Under the pieces are notes generated by a model. It searched no databases. It saw nothing but the letters and a program-made list of their open reading frames with translations, and was not told the origin of the DNA. A stretch of DNA of 64,000 nt, taken from the NCBI RefSeq assembly GCF_009914755.1, contig NC_060933.1. One strand, 5' to 3'. Positions 27,540 to 39,660 of the stretch are shown here, piece by piece (positions within the stretch are counted from its first letter, which is position 1; each line of letters begins with the position of its first letter). The position numbers and the translations under genes are program-made. The DNA comes from the human T2T-CHM13v2.0 reference genome, Homo sapiens.

Positions 27540-29000
27540 AATCTATTCCATTGCACTAGGTTTGATTCCATTCCACTGCATTCCATTCCATTGCATTCCA
27601 TTCCATTCCATTCCGTTCCATTCCATTCCATTCCATTACATTCGGATTGATTGTATTCAATTCCCTTACACTCCATTTCATTCCATTCCATTCAGGTTGT
27701 TTCCATTCCATTCCAATCCATTCCACTCCATTCCATTGCACTCGGGTTGATTGCATTCCATTCCATTCCATTCTATTCCATTTCCTTCCATTCCATTCTA
27801 TTCGGTACCATTCCATTCCATTCCATTCCAATCCATTCCATTCCATGCCATTCCACTTGGGTTGATTCCCATCCTTTCCATTCCATTCGGGTTGAATCCA
27901 TTCCATTCCATTCCATTCCATTCCATTCCATTCCTTTCCATTCCATTGCACACGGGTTGGTTCCATTCCATTCCTTTCCGTTCCATTCCGGATGACTCCA
28001 TTCCATTGCATTCCATTCCATTCCATTCCATTCCCCTGCACTCGGGTTCATTACCTTCCATTCCATTTACTTCCATTCCATTCCATTCCATTCTCTTCGG
28101 GTTAATTCCATTCCATTCCATTCCATTCCATTCTGTTCCATTCCATTCCATTGCAATCGAGTTGATTCCATTCCATTCCTTTCAATTCCGGATGATTCCA
28201 TTCCATTGCCTTCAATTCCATTCCATTCCCCTGCACTCGGGTTGATTCCATTCCATTCCATTCCATTCTATTCCATTGCACTAGGTTTGATTCCATTCCA
28301 CTGCATTCCATTCCATTCCATTCCATTCCATTCCATTCCGTTCCATTCCATTCCATTCCATTACATTCGGATTGATTGTATTCAATTCCTTTACACTCCA
28401 TTTCATTCCATTCCATTCAGGTTGTTTCCATTCCATTCCAATCCATTCCACTCCATTCCATTGCACTCGGGTTGATTGCATTCCATTCCATTCCATTCTA
28501 TTCCATTTCCTTCCATTCCATTCTATTCGGTACCATTCCATTCCATTCCATTCAAATCCATTCCATTCCATGCCATTCCACTTGGGTTGATTCCCTTCCT
28601 TTCCATTCCATTCGGGTTGAATCCATTCCATTCCATTCCATTCCATTAAATTCCATTCCTTTCCATTCCATTGCACACGGGTTGGTTCCATTCCATTCCT
28701 TTCCGTTTCATTCCGGATGACTCCATTCCATTGCATTCCATTCCATTCCATTCCATTCCCCTGCACTCGGGTTCATTACCTTCCATTCCATTTACTTCCA
28801 TTCCATTCCATTCCATTCTCTTCGGGTTAATTCCATTCCATTCCATTCCATTCCATTCCATTCCATTCCATTCCATTCCATTCCATTGCAATCGAGTTGA
28901 TTCCATTCCATTCCATTTAATTCCGGATGATTCCATTCCATTGCCTGCAATTCCATTTCATTCCCCTGCACTCGGGTTGATTCCATTCCATTCCATTCCA
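27540..29000 (+). repeat. 725-bp tandem duplication
   Basis: GGTACC at 27804/28529; cacgggttggttcc, ttcattaccttcc and tttacttcc recur at offset 725. Confidence 0.88.
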
Positions 29001-32000
29001 TTCCAATCCATTTCATTCCATTCCATTTCGTTCCTTTCCATTCTATTCCGTACCATTCCATTCCATTCCATTCCATTCCATTCCATTCCATGCCATTCCA
29101 CTCGGGTTGATTCCATTCCTTTCCATTCCATTCGAGTTGAATCCATTCCAATCCATTCCATTCCATTCGATTCCATTCCATTGCACACGGGTTCATTCCA
29201 TTCCATTCCATTCCATTCCATTCCATTCCATTCCATTCCATTTCCTTCCATTCCATTCTATTCCGTACCATTCCATTCCATTCCATTCCATTCCATTCCA
29301 CTCCATTCCATGCCATTCCACTCGGGTTTATTCCATTCCTTTCCATTCCATTCGGGTTGAATCCATTCCATTCCATTCCATTCCATTCCATTCCATTACA
29401 TTGCACTCGGGTTGATTCCATTCCATTCCATTCCTTTACATTTCATTCCATTCCACTCCATTCCATGCCATTCCACGCGGGTTTATTCCATTCCTTTCCA
29501 TTCCATTCGTGTTGAATCCATTCCATTCCATTCCATTCCATTCGATTCCATTACACTGCACTCGGGTTGATTCCATTCCATTCCATTCCATTACATTTCA
29601 TTCTATTCCATTCCATTCCATTCCATTCCATTCCATTCCATGCCATTCCACTCGTGTTGATTCCATTCCTTTCCATTCCATTCGAGTTGAACCCATTCCA
29701 TTCCATTCCATTCCATTCCATTCCATTGCACACGGGTTCATTCCATTCCATTCCATTCCATTCCGTTCCATTCCATTCCGTTCCATTCCATTCCATTCCA
29801 TTCTGTTCAGGTTAATTCCATTCTATTCCTTTCCCTTCCATTCCATTCCATTCCATCCCATTGCAATCGAGTTGATTCCACTGCATTCCATTCCATTACA
29901 TTCCATTGCATTCCATTCCATTCCATTCCCCTGCACTCAGGTTGATTCCATTCGATTCCATTCCATTCCATTCCATTCCATTCCGTTCCATTCCATTCCA
30001 TTCCATTCTGTTCAGGATAATTCCATTCCATTCCATTCCCTTCCATTCCATTCCATTCCATTCCATTCCATTCCATCCAATTGCAATCGAGTTGATTCCA
30101 TTGCATTCCATTCCATTGCATTCCATTCCATTGCATTCCATTCCATTAGATTCCATTCCATTGCATTCCATTCCATTCCATTCCCCTGCACTCAGATTGA
30201 TTCCATTCCATCCCATTCCATTCCATTCCGTTCCATTCCATTCCATTCCATTCTATTCGCGTTAATTCCATTCCATTCCAATACATTCCATTGCAATCGA
30301 GTTGATTCCATTCCATTCCGTTCCATTCCATTCCATTCCATTCCATTCCATTTCGTTCCATTCCATTCTATTCCGTACCATTCCATTCCATTCCATTCCA
30401 TTCCATTCCATTCCATTCCATTCCATGCCATTCCACTCGGGTTGATTCTATTGCTTTCCATTCCATTTGGGTTGAATCCAATCCATTCCATTCCATTCCA
30501 TTCCATTCCATTCCATTCCATTGCACTAGGTTTGATTCCATTCCACTGCATTCCATTCCATTCCATTCCGTTCCATTCCATTCCATTACCTTCGGATTGA
30601 TTGTATTCAATTCCTTACACTCCATTACATTCCATTCCATTCGGGTTGTTTCCATTCCATTCCATTCCATTCCATTCCATTCCATTCCATTCCATTGCAC
30701 TCAGGTTGATTCCATTCCATTCCATTCCATTCCATTCCATTCCATTCCATTCCATTCCATTCCATTCCATTCCATTTCGTTCCATTCCATTCCATTCCGT
30801 ACCATTCCATTCCATTCCATTCCATTCCATTCCATGCCATTCCACTCGGGTTTATTCCATTCCTTTCCATTCCATTCGGGTTGAATCCATTCCATTCCAT
30901 TCCATTCCATTCCATTGCACTCGGGTTGATTCCATTCCATTCCCTGCCATTCCATTTCATTCCATTCCATTCCATTCCATTGCATTCCATTCCATTCCGT
31001 TCCATTCCATTCCATTACATTCGGATTGATTTTATTCAATTCCCTTACACTCCATTACATTGCATTCCATTCGTGTTGTTTCCGTTCCATTACATTCCCT
31101 TCCACTCCATTCCATTGCACTCAGGTTGATTCCATTCCATTCCATTCCATTCCATTCCATTCCATTCCATTTCGTTCCATTCCATTCTATTCCCTACCAT
31201 TCCATTCCATTCCATTCCATTCCATGCCAATCCACTCCGGTTTATTCCATTCCTTTCCATTCCATTCGGGTTGAATCCATTCCCTTCCATTCCATTCCAT
31301 TCCATTCCATTCCATTCCATTCCCCTGCAATCGGGTGGATTCCATTCTATTCCATTCCATTCCATTCCATTCCATTCCATTCCATTCCATTCCATTTCGT
31401 TCCATTCCATTCTATTCCATACCATTCCTTTCCATTCCATTCCATTCCATTCCATGCCATGCCATTCCACTCGGGTTGATTCCATTGCTTTCCATTCCAT
31501 TCTAGTTGAAACCATTCCATTGCATTCCATTCCATTCGATTCCATTCAATTGCACACGGGTTCATTCCATTCCATTCCATTCCATTCCATTCCATTTCCT
31601 TCCATTCCATTCTATTCCGTACCATTCCCTTCCATTCAATTCCATTCCACTCCATTCCATGCCATTCCACTCGGGTTTATTCCATTCCCTTCCATTCCAT
31701 TCGGGTTGAATCCATTCCATTCCATTCCATTCCATTCCATTCCATTCCATTCCATTCCATTCCATGCCATTCCACTCGGGTTGATTCCATTCTTTTCCAT
31801 TCCATTCGAGTTGAACCCATTCCATTCCATTCCATTCCATTCCATTCCATTCCATTCCACTCGGGTTGATTCCATTCCCTTCCATTCCATTCTGGTTGAA
31901 ACCATTCCATTCCATTCCATTCCTTTCGATTCCGTTCCATTTCACTCGGGTTGATCCCATTCCATTGCATTCCATTCCATTCCATTGCATTCCATTCCGT

Positions 32001-33895
32001 TCCATTCCATTCCATTACATTCGTATTGATTCTATTCAATTCCCTTACTCTCCATTACATTCCATTCCATTCGGGTTGTTTCCATTCCATTCCATTCCAT
32101 TCCAATCCATTCCATTGCAATCGGGTTGATTCCATTCCATTCCATTGCATTCCATTCCATTTCATTCCATTCCATTCCATTCCATTCCATTCCGTATGAT
32201 TCCATTCCATTGCATTCCATTCCATTCCATTCCACTGCACTCGGTTGAATTCCATTCTATTCCATTCCATTCCATTCCATTCCATTCCATTCCATTCCAT
32301 TCCATTCTATTCGGGTTAATTTCATTCCATTCCCTTCCATTCCCTTCCATTCCATTCCATTCCATTCCATTGAAATCGAGTTGATTCCATTCCATTCCAT
32401 TCCATTCCGTTCCATTCTATTCGTGTTAATTCCATTCCATTCCATTCCATTCCATTCCCTTCCATTCCATTCCATTCCATTCCATTCCAATCCATTCCAT
32501 TCCATTCTATTAGGGTTAATTCCATTCCATTCCATTCCGTTCCATTCCATTCCATTCCATTCCACTCCATTCCATGCCATTCCACTCGGGTTTATTCCAT
32601 TCCTTTCCATTCCATTCGGGTTGAGTCCATTCCATTCCATTCCATTCCATTCCATTCCATTCCATGCCATTGCACTCGGGTTGATTCCATTCCTTTCCAT
32701 TCCATTCGAATTGAACCCATTCCATTCCCTTCCATTCCATTCCATTCCATTCCATTCCATTGCTCACGGGTTCATTCCATTCCATTCCATTCCATTCCAT
32801 TCCATTCCATTTCGTTCCATTCCATTCTACTCCGTACCATTCCATTCCATTCCATTCCATTCCACGCCATTTCACTCAGGTTTATTCCATTCCTTTCCAT
32901 TCCATTCAGGTTGAATCCATTCCATTCCATTCCATTCCATTCCATTCCATTGCGCTCGGGTTGATTCCATTCCATTCTATGCCATTCCATTTCATTCCGT
33001 TCCATTCCATTCCATTCATTTCCATTCCTTTCCTTTCAATTCCATTCCATTACATTCGGATAGATTCTTTTTAATTCCCTTACACTCCATTACATTCCAT
33101 TCCATTCGGGTACTTTCCATTCCATTCCATTCCATTCCACTGCATTCTATTGCACTCGGGTTGATTGATTCCATTAGATTGCATTCCATTCCATTCCATT
33201 CCCCTGCACTCGGGTTGATCCCATTCCATTGCATTCCATTCCATTCCTTTCCATTCCATTCCGTTCCATTCCATTCCATTCCATTCTGTTCAGGTTAATT
33301 CCATTCCATTCCATTCCATTCCATTCCATTCCATTCCATCCCATTGCAATCTAGTTGATTCCATTGCATTCCATTCCATTCCATTCCATTCCATTGCATT
33401 CCATTCCATTCCATTCCCCTGCACTCAGATTGATTCCATTCCATCCCATTCCATTCCATTACGTTCCATTACATTCCATTCCATTCTATTCGCGTTAATT
33501 CCATTCCATTCCATTCCATTACATTCCATTGCAATCGAGTTGATTCCATTCCATTCCGTTCCATTCCATTCCATTCCATTCCATTTCGTTCCATTCCATT
33601 CTATTCTGTACCATTCCATTCCATTCCATTCCATTCCATTCCATGCCATTCCACTCGGGTTGATTCCATTGCTTTCCATTCCATTTGGGTTGAATCCAAT
33701 CCATTCCATTCCATTCCATTCCATTCCATTCCATTCCATTCCATTCCATTGCACTAGGTTTGATTCCATTCCACTGCATTCCATTCCATTCCATTCCGTT
33801 CCATTCCATTCCATTACATTCGGATTGATTGTATTCAATTCCCTTACACTCCATTACATTCCATTCCATTCGGGTTGTTTCCATTCCATTCCATT

Positions 33896-33898
33896 CCG
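33896..33898. other. Strand-inversion breakpoint within the satellite array
   Basis: ...ccattccatt-CC-gtgtgcaatggaatgg...: the CATTC strand switches to the GGAAT strand with no inserted foreign sequence. CC (33,896-33,897) fits both sides. Confidence 0.95.
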
Positions 33899-36800
33899 TG
33901 TGCAATGGAATGGAATGGAATGGAATGGAATGGAATGGGTTCAACTAGAATGGAATGGAAAGGAATGGAATCAACCCGAGTGGAATGGCATGGAATGGAA
34001 TGGAATGGAATGGAATGGAAAGGAATGGAATGAAATGGAATGGAAGGGAATGGATTGAAATGGAATGGAATGGAATGGAATCAACCCGAGTGCAATGTAA
34101 TGGAATTGAATGGAATGGAATGGAATGCAATGGAATGAATTCAACCCGAATGGAATAGAAAGGAATGGAATAAACCCGAGTGGAATGGCATGGAATGGAG
34201 TGGAATGGAATGGAATGGAATACTACGGAAGAGAATGGAATGGAACGAAATGGAATGGAATGGAATGGAATGGAATGGAATGGAATGAACACGTGAGCAA
34301 TTGAATGGAATCGAATGGAATAGAATGGAATGGAATGGATTCAACTCGAATGGAATGGAAAGGAATGGAATCAACCCGAGTGGAATGGCATGGAAAGGAA
34401 TGGAATGGAATGGAACGGAATGGAATGGAATCAACTCGATTGCAAAGGAATGTAATGGAATGGAATGGAACGGAATTAACGCAAATAGAATGGAATGGAA
34501 AGGAATGGAACGGAATGGAATGTAAAGGAATGGAATGGAATCAATCTGAGTGCAGGGGAATGCAATGGAATGGAATGCAATGGAATGGATTGGAATGGAA
34601 TGCAATGGAATCACCTCGATTGCAATGGGATGGAATGGAATGGAATGGAATGGAAGGGAATGGAATGGAATGGAATTAACCTGAACAGAATGGAATGGAA
34701 TGGAATGGAATGGAATGGAATGCAATGGAATGGAATCAATCAACCCGAGTGCAATAGAATGCAGTGGAATGGAATGTAATGGAATGGAATGGAATGGAAT
34801 GGAATGGAATGGAATGAAATGGAATGGCAGGGAATGGAATGGAATCAACCCGAGTGCAAAGGAATGGAATGGAATGGAATGGAATGGAATGGAATGGAAT
34901 GGATTCAACCCGAATGGAATGGAAAGGAATGGAATAAACCTGAGTGGAATCGCATGGAATGGAATGGAATGGAATGGAATGGAATGCTACGGAATAGAAT
35001 GGAATGGAAAGAAATGGAATGGAATGGAATGGAATGGAATGGAATCAACCTGAGTGCAATGGAATGGAGTGGAATGGAATGTAATGGAATGGAAACAACC
35101 CGAATGGAATGGAATGTAATGGAGTGTAAGGGAATTGAATACAATCAATCCGAATGTAATGGAATGGAATGGAACGGAATGGAATGGAATGGAATGCAGT
35201 GGAATGGAATCAAACCTAGTGCAATGGAATGGAATGGAATGGAATGGAATGAAATGGAATGGAATGGAATGGAATGGAATGGAATGGATTGGATTCAACC
35301 CAAATGGAATGGAAAGCAATGGAATCAACCCGAGTGGAATGGCATGGAATGGAATTGAATGGAATGGAATGGAATGGAATGGTACAGAATAGAATGGAAT
35401 GGAATGAAATGGAATGGAATGGAATGGAATGGAACGGAATGGAATGGAATCAACTCGATTGCAATGGAATGTAATGGAATGGAATGGAATGGAATTAACG
35501 CGAATAGAATGGAATGGAATGTAATGGAAAGGAATGGAATGGAATGGGATGGAATGGAATCAATCTGAGTGCAGGGGAATGGAATGGAATGGAATGCAAT
35601 GGAATGGAATGGAATGGAATGGAATGCAATGGAATCAACTAGATTGCAATGGGATGGAATGGAATGGAATGGAATGGAAGGGAATGGAATGGAATGGAAT
35701 TAACCTGAACAGAATGGAATGGAATGGAATGGAACGGAATGGAAGGGAATGGAATGGAATGGAATTAAGCTGAAGAGAATGGAATGGAATGGAATGGAAC
35801 GGAATGGAATGGAATGGAATGGAATGGAATGCAATGGAATGGGATCAACCCGAGTGCAGGGGAATGGAATGGAATGGAATGCAATGGAATGGAATCAATC
35901 AACCCGAGTGCAATAGAATGCAGTGGAATGGAATGGAATGGAATGGAAAGTACCCGAATGGAAAGGAATGTAATGGAGTGTAAGGGAATTAAAAAGAATA
36001 ATCCGAATGTAATGGAATGGAAGGGAACGGAATGGAATGGAATGGAATGGAATGGAATGGAATAGAATGAAATGTAATGGCATGGAATGGAATGGAATCA
36101 ACCTGAGTTCAATGGAATGGAATGGAATGGAATGGAATGGATTCAACCCGAATGGAATGGAAAGGAATGGAATAAACCCGAGTGAAATGGCATGGAAGTG
36201 AATGGAATGGAATGGAATGGTAAGGAATAGAATGGAATGGAACGAAATGGAATGGAATGGAATGGAATGGAATGGAATGGAATGGAATGAACCCGTGTGC
36301 AATGGAATGGAATGGAATGGAATGGAATGGAATGGGTTCAACTAGAATGGAATGGAAAGGAATGGAATCAACCCGAGTGGAATGGCATGGAATGGAATGG
36401 AAAGGAATGGAATGGAATGGAATGGAATGGAATGAACTCAACCCAAATGGAATGGAAAGGAATGGAATAAACCCGAGTGGAATGGCATGGAATGGATTGG
36501 AATGGAATGGAATGGAATACTACGGAAGAGAATGGAATGGAACGAAATGGAATGGAATGGAATGGAATGGAATGGAATGAACACGTGAGCAATGGAATGG
36601 AATCGAATGGAATGGAATGGAATGGAATGGATTCAACTCGAATGGAATGGAAAGGAATGGAATCAACCCGAGTGGAATGGCATGGAATGGAATGGAATGG
36701 AATGGAATGGAACGGAATGGAATGGAATCAACTCGATTGCAAAGGAATGTAATGGAATGGAATGGAACGGAATTAACGCAAATAGAATGGAATGGAAAGG

Positions 36801-37090
36801 AATGGAACGGAATGGAATGGAAAGGAATGGAATGGAATCAATCTGAGTGCAGGGGAATGGAATGGAATGGAATGCAATGGAATGGAATGGAATGGAATGC
36901 AATGGAATCACCTCGATTGCAATGGGATGGAATGGAATGGAATGGAATGGAATGGAAGGGAATGGAATGGAATGGAATTAACCTGAACAGAATGGAATGG
37001 AATGGTATGGAATGGAATGTAATGGAATGGAATGGAATGCAATGGAATGGAATCAATCAACGTGAGTGCAATAGAATGCAGTGGAATGGA
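33898..37090 (-). repeat. ~0.85 kb direct repeat pair (33,898-34,770 vs 36,295-37,090)
   Basis: gtgtgcaatgg...gggttcaactaga at 33898/36295, tactacggaagag 34221/36518, CACGTG 34290/36582, aattaacgcaaatag and tcacctcgat. Confidence 0.85.
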
Positions 37091-37317
37091 ATGGAATGGA
37101 ATGGAAAGTACCCGAATGGAATGGAATGTAATGGAGTGTAAGGGAATTAAAAAGAATCAATCCGAATGTAATGGAATGGAATTGAAAGGAAAGGAATGGA
37201 ATGGAATGGAATGGAATGGAATGGAATGGAATGGAATGAAATGGAATGCAATAGAATGGAATGGAATCAACCCGAGCGCAATGGAATGGAATGGAATGGA
37301 ATGGAATGGAATGGAAT

Positions 37318-37647
37318 GGATTCAACCCGAATGGAATGGAAAGGAATGGAATATACCCGAGTGAAATGGCATGGAAGGGAATGGAATGGAATGGAATGGT
37401 ACGGAGCAGAATGGAATGGAATGAAATGGAATGGAATGGAATGGAATGGAATGGAATGGAATGGAATGGAACGGAATGGAATGGATTCAACCCGAATGGA
37501 ATGGAAAGGAATGGAATAAACCCGACTAAAATGGCATGGAAGGGAATGGAATGGAATGGAATGGTACGGAGCAGAATGGAATGGAATGAAATGGAATGGA
37601 ATGGAATGGAATGGAATGGAATGGAATGGAATGGAATGGAATGGAAT
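37318..37647 (-). repeat. 165-bp tandem duplication
   Basis: ggtacggagcaga at 37398 and 37563, with matching flanks. Confidence 0.8.
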
Positions 37648-39269
37648 GAACCCGTGAGTAATGGAATGGAATGGAATGGAATGGAATGGAATGGAATGGA
37701 ATGGAATGTGTTCAATTCGAATGGAATGGAAAGGAATGGAATCAACCCGAGTGCAATGGCATGGAATGGAATGGAATGGAATGGAATGGATTCAACCCAA
37801 ATGGAATGGAAAGGAATGGAATAAACCCGAGTGGAATGGCATGGAATGGAGTGGAATGGAATGGAATGGAATGGAATGGAATGGAATTAACCCTAATAGA
37901 ATGGAATGGAATGGAATGGAATGGAATGGAAGGGAATGGAATGGAATGGAATGGAATGGAATTAACCCGAATAGAATGGAATGGAATGGAATGGAATGGA
38001 ATGGAATGGAATCAACTCGATTTCAATGGAATGGAATGGAATGGAATGGAATGGAATGGAAGGGAATGGAATGGAATGGAATGAAATTAACCCGAATAGA
38101 ATGGAATGGAATGGAATGGAATGGAATGGAATGGAATAGAATGTAATCCAACCGAGTGCAGGGGAATGGAATGGAATGGAATGCAATGGAATGGAATCAT
38201 ACGGAATGGAATGGAATGGAATGGAATGCAATGGAATGGAATGGAATCAACCCGATTGCAATGGAATGGAGTGGAATGGAATGGAATGGAATGGAAACAA
38301 CCCGAATGGAATGGAATGGAAAGGAATCGAATGGAATCAACCTGAGTGCAGGGGAATGGAATGGAATGGAATGCAATGGAATGTAATGGAATGGAATGCA
38401 ATGGAATCAACCCGAGTGCAATGTAATGGAATCGAATGGAATGGAATGGAATGGAATGGATTCAACCCGAATGGAATGGAAAGGAATGGAATAAACCCGA
38501 GTGGAATGGCATGGAGTGGAGTGGAATGGAATGGAATGGAATAGAATGGAATGGTACGGAATAGAATGGAATGGAAAGAAATGGAATGGAATGGAATGGA
38601 ATGGAATGGAATGGAAAGGAATGGAATAGATTCAACCCGAATGGAATGGAAAGGAAGGGAATCAACCCAAGTGGAATGGCATGGAATGGAATGGATTGGG
38701 ATGGAATGGAATGGAATGCTACCGAATAGAATGGAATGGAACGAAAGGGAGTAGAATGGAATGGAATGGAATGCCATTAACCCGAGTGCAATGGAATGGA
38801 GTGGAATGGATTGGAATGGAATGGAAACAACCTGAATGGAATGGAATGAAATGGAGTGTAAGGGAATTGAATACAATCAAACCGAATGTAATGGAATGGA
38901 ATGGAACGGAATGGAATGGAATGGAATGGAATGGAATGCAGTGGAATGGAATCAAACCTAGTGCAATGGAATGGAATGGAATGGAATGGAATGGAATGGA
39001 ATGGAATGGATTCAACCCGAATGGAATGAAAATGAATGGAATAAACCCGAGTGGAATGGCATGGAATGCAAAGGAATGGAATGGAATGGTACGAAATAGA
39101 ATGGAAAAGAACGAAATGGAATGGAATGGAACGGAATGGAATGGAATGGAATCAACCCGAGTGCAATGTAATGGAATTGAGTGGAATGGAATGGAATGGA
39201 TTCAACCCGAATGGAATGGAAAGGAATGGATTAAACCCGAGTGGAATTGCATGGAGTGGAGTGGAATGG

Positions 39270-39660
39270 AATGGAATGGAATGCAATGGAATGGAATCTT
39301 CCGTAATGGAATGGAAAGGAATGGAATGGAATGGAATGGAATGGAATGGAATGGAATGGAATGGAATCAACTCGATTGCAATCGAATGGAATGGAATGGA
39401 ATTAACCCGAATAGAATGGAATGGAATGGAATGGAACGGAACGGAACGGAACGGAACGGAACGGAGTGGAATGGAATGGAATGGAATTGTATGGAATGGA
39501 ATGGCATGGTACGGAATAGAATGGAATGGAAAGAATTGTATTGGAATGGAATCGAATGGAATGGAATGGAATGGAATGGAATGGATGGAATCAACCCGAG
39601 TGCAGGGGAATGTAATGGAACGGAATGCAATGGAATGGAATCATCCGGAATGGAATGGAA
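39270..39660 (-). repeat. Domain-A-type island inside domain B
   Basis: Its reverse complement follows ~11,600-11,965 motif for motif: tcgattgcaatcga at 39372, (acgga)5 run, ggaattgtatgg, ggaaagaattg. Confidence 0.75.

Larger units (their letters stand above)
1..33897 (+). repeat. Human Satellite 3 (HSat3/SatIII) array, left arm, CATTC on + strand
   Basis: Continuous (CATTC)n with frequent in-register ACTCGGGTTG / ATTCGGGTT motifs, the reverse complement of the HSat3 signature CAACCCGA(G/A)T. It lacks the dominant CATTCGATTC/ATGATG pattern of HSat2. Confidence 0.97.

Noticed and set aside
33519-34058. Chimeric ORFs switching from IPFHS to MEWNG
   Set aside because: They simply read across the inversion junction.
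33050-36010. Fold-back sequencing or amplification chimera as the cause of the strand switch
   Set aside because: The arms are staggered and carry many differences rather than forming an exact mirror. Disfavoured, but read support is still needed.
34290-36587. E-box CACGTG at 34290 and 36582
   Set aside because: A single point variant of aacccgtg duplicated once, with no support for function.
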